From Candidatus Micrarchaeota archaeon (GTDB taxonomy: Archaea > Micrarchaeota > Micrarchaeia > Micrarchaeales > CABMGC01): DNA of 64,000 nucleotides. The notes under the pieces were generated by a model, which did no database searches, was not told the origin of the DNA, and was given only the letters and a program-made list of their open reading frames with translations. A program made the position numbers and the translations under genes. The DNA lies in assembly GCA_028867335.1 (NCBI GenBank), contig JAGWGN010000002.1, positions 9,829 through 73,828 of the forward strand, in the 5' to 3' direction. Shown here piece after piece: positions 1 through 8,926 of this stretch; positions within the stretch are counted from its first letter, which is position 1; the number at the start of each line of letters is the position of its first letter.

Positions 1-699
1 GGTGATCACGTTTATCGAGTCCACGCCCTCAAGGTCCCCCCCGATCAGCCTGTGCAGATTGCCTATCGCATCAGAGTTGAAGTGCTTGTCTACTATCCTT
101 ATGTTCCCCTTTAGGTTGGAGAAGAGCTTTGAGCGCAGGTTCTGGATGTTGGTGTACGGCGTGTCCGGGTTTATTGTTATGTTTCTTGCCCCAACTCTTC
201 TTGCGCTTGCTATTCTCATGGTATATTCCAGATAGATGTCCGTTATCAGGCAGATCAGCATCCCGAAGAACCCCAGATAGATCATGATGCTGAGCGTCGA
301 GTGAATGAAGCTGGAGTAGATTATCGCAAAGAGTATTATGTACACCACGGTGACTGTGGTGTGCATCGAGAGGTACCTTCGGTTTCCGTCGTCATAGCGA
401 TTTGTCCTCAGGGTGTAGATCACCACTGAGAGAAGTGATAGCAGAAGCGCAAGTATCAGTGCCAGGTACGATTCAAGCACATACTGGTTGATGACGCTAA
501 GCTGGGTCGATAGGAGCTGGAGGTTTTGGGTGACGTTTGTGCTGTCCGCATTGCTCTGCAGTATCGCACCCGCCCCGACCCCGTACTGCGTTGAGAATAT
601 CTGTATGAAATACACTGATGTGAATATCAGCATAGCCGAACCTACAATCAGCAACAAAAGGGTCTCCCAATAGTTGTCCCGCTTGCTCTTCTCCTCCAT
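1..699 (-). CDS. hypothetical membrane protein, partial (C-terminal end runs off the left edge)
   Basis: Absent from the ORF track because it has no stop in the window. I checked all 233 in-frame triplets (positions 1-699) and found no minus-strand stop. ATG at 699-697 gives MEEKSKRDNYWETLLLLIVGSAMLIF..., with about 4 hydrophobic helices and then a soluble tail (NITINPDTPYTNIQNLRSKLF...). It replaces + ORFs 2..235 and 488..673. Confidence 0.5.
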   Translation of the reverse strand, partial: MEEKSKRDNYWETLLLLIVGSAMLIFTSVYFIQIFSTQYGVGAGAILQSNADSTNVTQNLQLLSTQLSVINQYVLESYLALILALLLSLLSVVIYTLRTNRYDDGNRRYLSMHTTVTVVYIILFAIIYSSFIHSTLSIMIYLGFFGMLICLITDIYLEYTMRIASARRVGARNITINPDTPYTNIQNLRSKLFSNLKGNIRIVDKHFNSDAIGNLHRLIGGDLEGVDSINVIT

Positions 700-744
700 G
701 ATTGGATTTGGTGTGCAAGTCTCTTAAATTTAGCACTATCAGAA

Positions 745-1707
745 TCAGAGACTTAGGTTCCTAAAGTCCGCGCTGGTGACGAGCGGATTTGCGTTGTATC
801 CTGCCTTGGAGAGGTTGCTCGCCATCATTTTCGCCTCTTTCCCGACGGCATAGACCATCTTTGGGCTTGTCGCCTGCAGATACTCCACACTCTGCCTAAA
901 GTCTGCATGGTCGCTTAGCGCAAACTGCACGTCTGTGCCGAACCTAAACGCCTTGGCCCATCCTGTCGCGACTGCAGTGAAAACGCGCTTATTGTATATT
1001 GAGGAGAGCTTTCTTCCCAGCTCCTGCAGCCTGCTGCTTTCGACTATCCCGACGAAATTATTCCTTACAAGCTGCTCGAAGTTTGACTCAGAATTATAAA
1101 CGGATTCGAACTTCAAGTCGATTCCGAATTTTTTATAGACTCCGTTGAGCCTTGATATCCCCTTGCTGACAACCGGGGTTATCCCTATCTGGTTGACGAC
1201 GCTTATGAGTTCCTGCGCCTTTCCAAGCGAGTAGGCTCCGAAGATCACTATGCCGTTCTCTATCTTTCTGTTGACGTAGTACTGGATCGTCTCGATCACC
1301 TCCTCCCTAGGATCAAACACCATGTTGGGGTCCGGATATGTCGAGTCGAGTATCGCCACATCCGCCTGATTTATCTGGATCTTGCTTGCGGTGGGCGATC
1401 TCTGCATCTGGTAATCCCCTGTGTAGACAACCGAGTACCCGAACTCAGGTGAGTCAATGTAGAGCTGCTTTGAGCCGAGAATGTGTCCAGAATCAAGCAG
1501 TTTTATGTTGGTGGGAATCTCCGCAAGCTTGAGCCCGACGCCCTTTCGCGTCTCGATCAGCTCCTTTGTCTCAACGCTTGCGAGTATCGAGGCGCCCTTC
1601 TTTGCGCGGTTCGTGTGGTCGCTGTGAGCGTGCGAGACAAAGCTCAGGTTGCTGACGGTATGCGCCAGGTCCAGGGAGATGTCGTAGTTGTCAATTCCTA
1701 TGGACAT
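745..1707 (-). CDS. metallo-beta-lactamase fold nuclease, beta-CASP-like (short form)
   Basis: 320 aa. HAHSDH (HxHxDH) lies near the N terminus, with GHILGS and YTGDY downstream. The C-terminal LSDHADFRQSVEYL block resembles beta-CASP motif B. Confidence 0.7.
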   Translation of the reverse strand: MSIGIDNYDISLDLAHTVSNLSFVSHAHSDHTNRAKKGASILASVETKELIETRKGVGLKLAEIPTNIKLLDSGHILGSKQLYIDSPEFGYSVVYTGDYQMQRSPTASKIQINQADVAILDSTYPDPNMVFDPREEVIETIQYYVNRKIENGIVIFGAYSLGKAQELISVVNQIGITPVVSKGISRLNGVYKKFGIDLKFESVYNSESNFEQLVRNNFVGIVESSRLQELGRKLSSIYNKRVFTAVATGWAKAFRFGTDVQFALSDHADFRQSVEYLQATSPKMVYAVGKEAKMMASNLSKAGYNANPLVTSADFRNLSL

Positions 1708-1736
1708 GGGGTCGCCTCTAGAACATCAGAATCAAA

Positions 1737-1746
1737 CTTTAAATAG
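1737..1746 (+). promoter_or_regulatory. TATA-like box (CTTTAAATAG) upstream of trxB in a divergent intergenic region
   Basis: AT-rich TTTAAATA-type element 42-51 nt upstream of the ATG at 1788. This matches the archaeal TATA consensus only by eye. Confidence 0.3.
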
Positions 1747-1787
1747 GTATTCAAACAAATTATGTATTGCAAATTCTTGATGGTTAA

Positions 1788-2732
1788 ATGGTGGAAAGTG
1801 TCGTGATTATAGGTTCTGGACCTGCCGGACTTTCGGCAGCGCTCTACACCGCAAGGGAGGGATTCAACCCCCTTCTGATAAAGGGAAGCGGAGCCGGGGG
1901 ACAGCTTCTTCTGACAACCGACATCGAGAACTATCCGGGATACGGCAAGATTGCCGGTCCTGAGCTCATCAGGCTCATGGAAGAGCAGGCAACAAGCTTC
2001 GGAACAAGGTTCCTCGAGGGTGATGTGACGAAGGTCGAGCTGGGTTCAAAGCCGATAAGACTTCACGTAAACGACACGGTAATCGAGACTCTCACACTAA
2101 TCGTATCAACCGGCGCATCATCAAAGTGGATCGGCCTGCCTTCAGAGAAGAACTTCACAGGAAGGGGAGTATCAAGCTGTGCAACCTGCGACGGCGCGTT
2201 CTTCAAGAACAAGGAGGTCATAGTAGTCGGCGGCGGCGACACCGCAATGGAGGACTCGCTATTTCTGACAAGGTTCGCAAGCAGCGTTACGATAGTCCAC
2301 AGGCGCGATGCCTTCAAGGCGAGCAAGATAATGCAACAAAGGGTGCTCTCAAATCCAAAGATAAAGGTCATCTGGGACACCGTTGTCGAGGAGATAACAG
2401 GGGATAGGAAGGTCACCGGAGTGAAAATAAAGAACGTCAAGAGCAATCAGATAACCGAGATGAAGATCGACGGGGTATTTGTAGCAATTGGCCACCAGCC
2501 AAACACCTCCTTGTTTGTCGGGCAGCTTGACCTAGACAAGGACGGCTACATCGCGGCCAAGGATGACGTGCTCACAAACATCGAGGGCGTATATGCTGCA
2601 GGAGACGTTGCTGACAGGTTCTACAAGCAGGCAGTCACCGCCGCGGCAAGCGGAGTGAAGGCGGCCCTAAGAGTGAGAGAGCATCTCTCGATGATGAAGT
2701 TCGAGGAGGAGCAGAGGGCTAAGCACCAATAA
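1788..2732 (+). CDS. trxB: thioredoxin-disulfide reductase
   Basis: 314 aa. FAD site IIGSGPAGLSAALY, redox-active CATCDG, second dinucleotide site VVGGGDTAMEDS, C-terminal GVYAAGDV. Confidence 0.9.
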   Translation: MVESVVIIGSGPAGLSAALYTAREGFNPLLIKGSGAGGQLLLTTDIENYPGYGKIAGPELIRLMEEQATSFGTRFLEGDVTKVELGSKPIRLHVNDTVIETLTLIVSTGASSKWIGLPSEKNFTGRGVSSCATCDGAFFKNKEVIVVGGGDTAMEDSLFLTRFASSVTIVHRRDAFKASKIMQQRVLSNPKIKVIWDTVVEEITGDRKVTGVKIKNVKSNQITEMKIDGVFVAIGHQPNTSLFVGQLDLDKDGYIAAKDDVLTNIEGVYAAGDVADRFYKQAVTAAASGVKAALRVREHLSMMKFEEEQRAKHQ

Positions 2733-3795
2733 ATTCCTTCATGCTTTTCTGCCCGCCCTGCTTTGAAAATCCGGAAACCCTAACTCCTATTTTTCTCACA
2801 GGTTCATTCTTCTCAGAGTATGAGTCAAATAGTTTCACCGCATTATCAACTATGTCGCCAAGTTCATCAGAGTAGTGGCCAAGGCTGCGGCTCTTTAGGT
2901 GCTCCGAGAAGTCATAGTACCTTATTTTTACCGTGACCGTCTTGAATGAAACCCTCTCTTTCTTGAGTTCCTCATAGACCTCCTTTGCGATCGAGTTGAT
3001 CTGCGCAATAATCTTCTCCCTGTCCGTTGTGTCGCTTTCGAATGTCCTCTCCCTCCCTATGGACTTTATCTCATAGTTCTCAACCAGCACATCCTCCCCC
3101 TGCCCCTTCGCGCTCCTGTAGAGCTCCGCCCCGAAAACCCCGAAGGTGCTGACCAGATTCACCGTGTTCGCCCTTGCCAGATCACCAATCGTCTTGTACC
3201 CCATAGATTCAAGTCGCTCCTTTGTCTTCTTCCCGACCCCGTAGAGCTTTCCCACCGGCATCGGCGCAAGGAATTTCTCCGCCTCCTCCTCAAGCACCAT
3301 CTTTATTCCGTCAGGCTTTCCGGCCTCGCACGCCATCTTTGCCATGAGCCTATTGGAGCTTATCCCGATTGAGCAGGGAAGCCCGGTCTCGTTTTTTATG
3401 AACCCCTTGATCTTCCTTGCATACTCGACCGCCTGCTCAAAGCCGTCTATCTTTCCGCTGACGTCAATGAAAGCCTCGTCTATGCTCACCTGCTCGAACT
3501 TTGTTGAGAAGGACTTTAGGATCTGCATCACCTGGTTCGACATCTTCTCGTAGTAAGGATAGTCGACGGGGAGGAATACTGCGTCTTTCTTTAGCCGATA
3601 TGCTGTTGAGATAGGCATCGCGCTGTGTATCCCGTATTTTCTTGCAAGGTAGTTGCAGGTGCTCACCACTCCCCGTGCAACGCCGCCCTTGGGATCAGCA
3701 CCGACCACAAGCGGCTTCTCCTTGTACTTTGGATGCCGCAGTTCCTCGCATGCGGCGAAGAAGTAGTCCATGTCAACTAGCATTATTATCTTCAT
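2719..3795 (-). CDS. dinB: Y-family DNA polymerase IV (DinB/Dbh/Dpo4 type)
   Basis: 358 aa. VDMDYFFAACEEL and SIDEAFIDVS catalytic motifs with a typical Y-family layout. Its 3' end overlaps the trxB 3' end convergently by 14 nt. Confidence 0.9.
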   Translation of the reverse strand: MKIIMLVDMDYFFAACEELRHPKYKEKPLVVGADPKGGVARGVVSTCNYLARKYGIHSAMPISTAYRLKKDAVFLPVDYPYYEKMSNQVMQILKSFSTKFEQVSIDEAFIDVSGKIDGFEQAVEYARKIKGFIKNETGLPCSIGISSNRLMAKMACEAGKPDGIKMVLEEEAEKFLAPMPVGKLYGVGKKTKERLESMGYKTIGDLARANTVNLVSTFGVFGAELYRSAKGQGEDVLVENYEIKSIGRERTFESDTTDREKIIAQINSIAKEVYEELKKERVSFKTVTVKIRYYDFSEHLKSRSLGHYSDELGDIVDNAVKLFDSYSEKNEPVRKIGVRVSGFSKQGGQKSMKEFIGA

Positions 3796-4376
3796 TTGCT
3801 TACTTCCTCAACCGATCCGCTGGGCGAAGTCTCCCTGAAGGTCTGAGCAGTTAAGGTATGGAATACAACGTCGCTTCTGTGCGAATCGTGGGGCTGCAAC
3901 CCCGCCCTCTTGCAGAGCTCCTCAAGAATCTCCTCTGTCTTCGCGCCCTTTTTTATCTCGCCGGGAAGCATGAACCCTCTCCTGAACCCATACTCGACCA
4001 TCACGCCCTTCTTTCCAATCTTCGCGTTTTTCTTGAGCTTCACAGGTTCCGAAAATACATTTACCTCGATAATTATGTGCTCAAGCTCGTGGTGGGAGAC
4101 TGGGACAAACCTCGCATCCTCAGAAGCCGCCGCAATCGCCGCATCGATAAGTACGAGATTTATCGGCTTCACTCCCTTAACAAAGCCCGCAGAGCCCCTG
4201 GGCTCGCCGAGAGGATAGTGCATTATGGAGACTGAGATGCCGTTGTGTCCGGTGAACCTGGACACCATCTTGTCTATTATCTTCCTGTCAAAGCGGGCGG
4301 ACTTTAGGTAGAGCTCGATTGCGTGCCTGGCTGCCTTCACAAGCACAGTTCCCTCGTCAAGAGAATAGGTAGTCAT
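3792..4376 (-). CDS. AMMECR1 domain protein
   Basis: 194 aa. RGSAGF (variant of the RGCIG motif) is followed by AAIAAASEDARFVPV and EHIIIEVNVFSEP, as in AMMECR1. There is a 4-nt start/stop overlap with dinB. Confidence 0.75.
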   Translation of the reverse strand: MTTYSLDEGTVLVKAARHAIELYLKSARFDRKIIDKMVSRFTGHNGISVSIMHYPLGEPRGSAGFVKGVKPINLVLIDAAIAAASEDARFVPVSHHELEHIIIEVNVFSEPVKLKKNAKIGKKGVMVEYGFRRGFMLPGEIKKGAKTEEILEELCKRAGLQPHDSHRSDVVFHTLTAQTFRETSPSGSVEEVSK

Positions 4377-4473
4377 CCAACCTCTAATACTTCGTAGGCA
4401 ATCTTTTTATTTGTGATAATCGGGCAAAAACGAAGACTTAGTTAAATATTTAAAGCAGGAAAAACGAACTGAT

Positions 4474-4782
4474 TTGATACATATGAAGATGGAACAACAG
4501 GTATTTCGAAACGAGAGAAAGATTACTCCGGAGGAGGTAAAGCAACTCTCTTCACTTAGTGTGCCAGAAGTCAGGAAGCTCATAGAGACTTCAAAGCACT
4601 CTGTTGATGATGCCATAAAGCTCAGAAAGTATGCCTCATTGCCTGTAGTTGCAAAGCATCTGGTTTTAGTCGAAGCACTCAGCAAAGTCAATGATTTCGA
4701 AATCCAAAATGCAATTATCTCCAACCCCTGTGTCGGAGAATTAAAGGCAAGGCTTTGGAGATCGCACAGAAAGACTGATTGA
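4474..4782 (+). CDS. hypothetical protein (helical)
   Basis: 102 aa with normal composition. The antisense ORF 4407..4724 is Ser/Cys/Phe-rich and looks like a shadow. A TATA-like GTTAAATATTTAAAG sits about 20-30 nt upstream. Confidence 0.4.
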   Translation: MIHMKMEQQVFRNERKITPEEVKQLSSLSVPEVRKLIETSKHSVDDAIKLRKYASLPVVAKHLVLVEALSKVNDFEIQNAIISNPCVGELKARLWRSHRKTD

Positions 4783-4862
4783 GCAATTGCAATATTTTAC
4801 ATCTTTACCTTGATGTAAACCTAATACTATTTCGGGATTCGATTTCCTATAAAAAGCAGAGA

Positions 4863-4937
4863 TGGGCCCGATGAGATTTGAACTCATGGCCTTTCGATTA
4901 TCAGTCGAACGCTCAAACCAGGCTAAGCTACGGGCCC
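4863..4937 (-). tRNA. tRNA-Ile (anticodon GAU)
   Basis: Reverse complement is GGGCCCGTAGCTTAGCCTGGTTTGAGCGTTCGACTGATAATCGAAAGGCCATGAGTTCAAATCTCATCGGGCCCA. It folds as a cloverleaf: acceptor GGGCCCG/CGGGCCC, D stem GCTT/GAGC, anticodon stem TTCGA/TCGAA with loop CTGATAA, T arm ATGAG-TTCAAAT-CTCAT, discriminator A. No encoded CCA. Confidence 0.85.
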
Positions 4938-4993
4938 ATTCATTATAGCTTTTTCTATCTATAATTATTAAAAGCATTCTATTTGTTGGTTCC

Positions 4994-5902
4994 GTGGACC
5001 TCACACTACTCTACTACATGGCGTTTGCCTTCGGGCTCGGGCTAGTGCACGGGATAACCCCTGATGAGCACACCTGGCCGATAACATTCAGCTACTCCAT
5101 AGGTGCATTCAACACCAAGGGGGGAGCCAAGGCGGGGATGTTCTTCTCGCTTGGCTTCACGGCACAGAGGGCGCTTTTGGGGGTACTAGCGTTCACCGCC
5201 CTTGCCTCATTCTTCGCGGGTATCTATACCAACTCTATAGTATTCATAATCGTAGGGCTTGTGATGAGCGCATCGGGATTCTACATTTTAAGGAAGAACT
5301 TCTATCCTCACTTCCATGCTCTTGAGAGGCTTGTCGACTCGTTTGTGCACATCTTCGTAAAGAGGAGTGAGGGCGCACACAGACACGAGGAGGGCCTAAC
5401 CGAGCACGACATCTTTGCCGAACGACCTCTCATCGAGCCTAGGAAGGTCCCGCTCAAGCTTGCCGCGCTCCACGGAGCGATTGCAGGGTTCGGCTTCGGG
5501 GCTATAGATCTTCTTGTTTACACCTCCATCGTCCCACATATGCCAAGCATCTACTATGCCTGGATACCTGGGGCACTTTTTGGGATCGGCACCCTAGTCA
5601 TGCAGGTTATAATCGGGGCGGTGCTTGGCAGCTGGCTGCAGAGAAGGCAGTACACAAAGAACGAGATAACATACCTCTCTAGAAAGACTTCGGGAAGGAC
5701 GCTGGGATACGGGGGATTTGTATTCGTGTTTGCAGGAATACTGATCTTCCTGCTGCCCCAGATATCAGGTCTTGGAATAGCTTCGAATCTTCCGTATGTG
5801 GATCAATTTGACCTGGGCACGCTGATCGTTGTGATAATACTAGTCATAACCTTCTTCTCGTACAGAAAAGCTGTGGAGGAGACAAAACGGTTAAGAAAGT
5901 AG
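4994..5902 (+). CDS. polytopic membrane protein, possible metal-ion transporter
   Basis: 302 aa with about 6-8 hydrophobic helices. A His/Asp motif in TM1 (HGITPDEH) is reminiscent of Ni/Co transporter signatures, and a His-rich loop (HFHALE..., HRHEEG) follows. The function is tentative. Confidence 0.5.
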   Translation: MDLTLLYYMAFAFGLGLVHGITPDEHTWPITFSYSIGAFNTKGGAKAGMFFSLGFTAQRALLGVLAFTALASFFAGIYTNSIVFIIVGLVMSASGFYILRKNFYPHFHALERLVDSFVHIFVKRSEGAHRHEEGLTEHDIFAERPLIEPRKVPLKLAALHGAIAGFGFGAIDLLVYTSIVPHMPSIYYAWIPGALFGIGTLVMQVIIGAVLGSWLQRRQYTKNEITYLSRKTSGRTLGYGGFVFVFAGILIFLLPQISGLGIASNLPYVDQFDLGTLIVVIILVITFFSYRKAVEETKRLRK

Positions 5903-6862
5903 CCTCTCCTTTAGTAATTTGAAGTCTTGCTCCATTAGCGCAGCGACTTTTTTGCTTGACCTAAGTGCCATTGCGGGATGGAATGTTATGAAGTAGCTTA
6001 CTCCGTCCTTTTTTATGCTCTTCCCGTGGTTTTGCGACACCTTGTCGAACCCAAGGAGGTTGTTTGTGGCAAAGTTTCCTACAAGAATCACGCTCTTGGG
6101 CTTTACTATAGCAATCTGCCTCATCAAGAACTGCTTGCACTCCGCTATTTCCCGATCTGTCGGTCCCCTGTTTTTTGGTGGGAAGAACTGCACACAGCTT
6201 GTTATGTAAATCTTCTCTCTGCTAAGTCCCGCAGTCTTAAACATCCTGTCAAGCACCTTCCCGCTTCTTCCGACAAATGGCTTTTTCAGAATATCCTCGT
6301 TCGCTCCAGGTGCCTGCCCTATGAGCATTATCTTTGCGTCCAGCGGCCCGTCTCCCGGGACAAAAGTCTTGCTCAAATCCCAATCCCTGTGTTTTGAGGG
6401 GAGAGATGCGTACTCCCTATTCAGCTCCTCCATTCTCTCAAGCCTCCCAACATATTCAAACATTCTTCTCAGGTGCCTTTCCAGGTCCTTGAAGGTGTTG
6501 AGCTCTAGGGCCCCGTCAAGATCGAGCCATTTGTATGCCTTGTGTTCATGGGATATCTTCACCTTTCCCCCTCCCATCTTTGCAAGGAACAATGTGACGA
6601 GTTTTGGGATTTTGCGTTTACCTTTGCGCACAAAATACCGTATCTCCTCCTTGAAGTGGGGGAGAAATTCTACCTTAAGCCCCGATTCCTCAAATATCTC
6701 GCGCTTTGCCGCCTCCTCTAAGCTCTCGCCCCTCTCAACGTGCCCTTTTGGGGTGTCAAGCCTTCCACTTTTCTGCAGCAAAAAGAGAATCTGCGGCCTT
6801 CCGTTATCGATTCTGTATATGCAAGCCCCTGCAGATTGTTCCAATGTCATAATATCACACAA
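5891..6862 (-). CDS. Nudix hydrolase / family-4 uracil-DNA glycosylase fusion protein
   Basis: 323 aa. The N-terminal Nudix box is GHVERGESLEEAAKREIFEESGL. The C-terminal half has GQAPGANEDILKKPFVGRSGKVL and FHPAMALR, typical of family-4 UDG. Confidence 0.75.
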   Translation of the reverse strand: MCDIMTLEQSAGACIYRIDNGRPQILFLLQKSGRLDTPKGHVERGESLEEAAKREIFEESGLKVEFLPHFKEEIRYFVRKGKRKIPKLVTLFLAKMGGGKVKISHEHKAYKWLDLDGALELNTFKDLERHLRRMFEYVGRLERMEELNREYASLPSKHRDWDLSKTFVPGDGPLDAKIMLIGQAPGANEDILKKPFVGRSGKVLDRMFKTAGLSREKIYITSCVQFFPPKNRGPTDREIAECKQFLMRQIAIVKPKSVILVGNFATNNLLGFDKVSQNHGKSIKKDGVSYFITFHPAMALRSSKKVAALMEQDFKLLKERLLS

Positions 6863-8363
6863 ACCTCTCGCTCAGGCAGTAGGCTCCGACAAGCTGGGCC
6901 ATATCCGCGTTTTGCACCGATGCCGGCACAGCCAGATTTGCCATGTAAGTATAAATTTGGTCATACGATCCCACGCAGCCTTGATCGATCTGCCCAAGCC
7001 CTCCAGGCATTACCACATACTCCGTTGTAAGAGCATAGTTTCCTGCAGAGAGAAGGAACGGAACCTGCCGTATCCCGACAAATAGCGGGCTCTGGTTCAT
7101 CTCTATTTTGTATATCGTTGTCGGGATTGCTTCAGAATCGACAAAGATGTACCTGTCAAGTACGGGGTTATTTGTCAGGCCAGCTGTTAGATTCTGGTTA
7201 GGTGGCGTGATCAGTATTACGATTGGGTTTGTGGCGTTGAAGCTTCTATTCGACAGTGCCAGAATCCCCAAATCCGCCGAGGAGGACCTGGGCGTAGAGA
7301 CATTCCATACTCCCGCATTTTCGAAGCTGCCTGTGAAAGCAAGAAGAGACGAAGAACTGAAGTTGTAGCTCTGGTTTGGGCTTAAGGAGGCGGCAGGCAG
7401 GATGTTTGCTGCGAGGTAATTCGAAGAGACCAGAAGATACGAGATCGCGAGGAGAATGACGAGCGCATATTGCGGCAAGAATTCAGCCTTGCCCCTTTTG
7501 GCATCTGTCTTTTTGATTTTAGGGAAGACAAGTCCGAATCTCTTTGCGACAAGCACCATTGCCACAACCGATATGTAAAACAGGAATATCCCCGCAAATC
7601 CGTGCACAAAGCTTGTCGTTGAGTTGGGGCCATAGAGCAGCCATACTGCTGCGATAGCGCTCATCCTAAAGAAGTTGAGCACAAGCAGCAGAAGAAATCC
7701 GGCAACTACCCAGCAAATTTTTCTGCGCACCTTCCCCTCAAGCAGATAAGCTATCGGGATCAAGAAAAGCACCATCGCGGCAAATACCGCTATTCCGGCG
7801 CATGCGGTTCCTATCCCTATCGCATAGCTTCCGGTGCTGATGGAGAAGGGAGGTAGGTAGGTTATGCCTGATGAGAAAATGTGTAGTATGCCATATACAA
7901 AGATCGTATTCGCCTGTGCAAACACGTTGTTTACCCCCATCAGGTAGACAAAAAGGATGGGGCACGCCAAGATCGGGTAAATTAGCACCGATTTGAAATT
8001 CGATAAGTTCTTCACCCCGAACAGGAGTATTGCAAACGATGCAATCGCAATTGGCAAGACGAGCATGTCAAGCCTGTATCCCAGGAAGTAATACGGCAAA
8101 AATAGCTGGAGCATCAGCACAAGCAGCATGAATAGGAAAAACACCGCCACCCCAGCGACTATGTCACTTCTCTCCACCCTCGGGACAATCCTCTTCTTGA
8201 ATACGAAGGCTGCCAGAAGCGGCAGCATCACAATCGGAACTATTATGTAGCTTGAAGGGTCCGCATTGTCGATGTTCGGGTTTGTTATTAGGAAGGGATT
8301 GATTAGCGCAACGACTATCGCAAGCACAAAGAAGTAGATCCCCAGCTTGTTCTTAGAAAACAT
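6855..8363 (-). CDS. archaeosortase/exosortase-family membrane protein with C-terminal extracytoplasmic domain
   Basis: 502 aa. The N-terminal ~280 aa are polytopic and carry, in order, Cys (GTACAGIAVF, C188), Asn-x-x-Arg (NFFRMS, R233) and His (FVHGFAG, H254). This is the order of the catalytic triad in exosortase/archaeosortase. A ~220-aa Ser/Asn-rich domain follows. Confidence 0.55.
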   Translation of the reverse strand: MFSKNKLGIYFFVLAIVVALINPFLITNPNIDNADPSSYIIVPIVMLPLLAAFVFKKRIVPRVERSDIVAGVAVFFLFMLLVLMLQLFLPYYFLGYRLDMLVLPIAIASFAILLFGVKNLSNFKSVLIYPILACPILFVYLMGVNNVFAQANTIFVYGILHIFSSGITYLPPFSISTGSYAIGIGTACAGIAVFAAMVLFLIPIAYLLEGKVRRKICWVVAGFLLLLVLNFFRMSAIAAVWLLYGPNSTTSFVHGFAGIFLFYISVVAMVLVAKRFGLVFPKIKKTDAKRGKAEFLPQYALVILLAISYLLVSSNYLAANILPAASLSPNQSYNFSSSSLLAFTGSFENAGVWNVSTPRSSSADLGILALSNRSFNATNPIVILITPPNQNLTAGLTNNPVLDRYIFVDSEAIPTTIYKIEMNQSPLFVGIRQVPFLLSAGNYALTTEYVVMPGGLGQIDQGCVGSYDQIYTYMANLAVPASVQNADMAQLVGAYCLSERFV

Positions 8364-8482
8364 TTAAACACAATCGCCCTCAGTCGAAATGGACTTCATC
8401 ACTTCTCAGCAGTTACTCTCGTCTTCATCGGACAGATAACAAAGGGGCTTTGATATATATAAATTTGTCTGTATATTTCATC

Positions 8483-8926
8483 ATGCCTGCGGCTAATTTT
8501 AAATACCTTCCAAACGTCGCTGACGTCGCATTTGTCGCACGCGGTAAAACCTTCAAGGAGGCGCTTGAGAGTTCGGGGGCTGCGATCCTCAACCTCATGT
8601 TCGACATGAAGGAGCTGAAGAAGGATAAGTCGAAGGTGAGGACCCTGCGGATAAGCGACAGCGCGCCAAACCGAAATGAGCTCACCTGGTTCATACTTCA
8701 AAAGATCGTCTCGAAAGTGGATGAGAAGGGGGTTCAGGCATTCCGATTCAAGGTCAACAGGATAACCGAGGCAAGAGGAAGGATAAAGGTGAATGGGTGC
8801 ATCTTCTATAAAAAATCAAGGACCTACCTTTCGCTTTTAGATGTCAAGGCGGTCACGCCTCACGAGCTCGAAGTGAAAGGCTCTGCGGGCAAGAAGTGGA
8901 GTATAAAAGCGATACTTGATGTCTAG
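8483..8926 (+). CDS. archease
   Basis: I prefer the ATG at 8483 (MPAANFKYLPNVADVAFVARGKTFKEALESSGAAILNLMFD...). The N-terminal D-[VI]-A-F..G.t.eea pattern and ~147-aa size are typical of archease. TATA-like ATATATATAAAT lies at about 8452-8463. Confidence 0.8.
   Translation: MPAANFKYLPNVADVAFVARGKTFKEALESSGAAILNLMFDMKELKKDKSKVRTLRISDSAPNRNELTWFILQKIVSKVDEKGVQAFRFKVNRITEARGRIKVNGCIFYKKSRTYLSLLDVKAVTPHELEVKGSAGKKWSIKAILDV

Noticed and set aside
2-673. + strand ORFs 2..235 and 488..673 (and - ORF 497..736) from the track
   Set aside because: A single uninterrupted - strand frame covers 1-699 and gives a coherent membrane-protein sequence. The listed ORFs are short, overlap it, and have odd composition.
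4407-4724. 105-aa - strand ORF overlapping 4474..4782
   Set aside because: It has the Ser/Cys/Phe-rich composition typical of an antisense frame. The + strand ORF has a TATA-like element upstream and normal composition. Even so, the + call has only low confidence.
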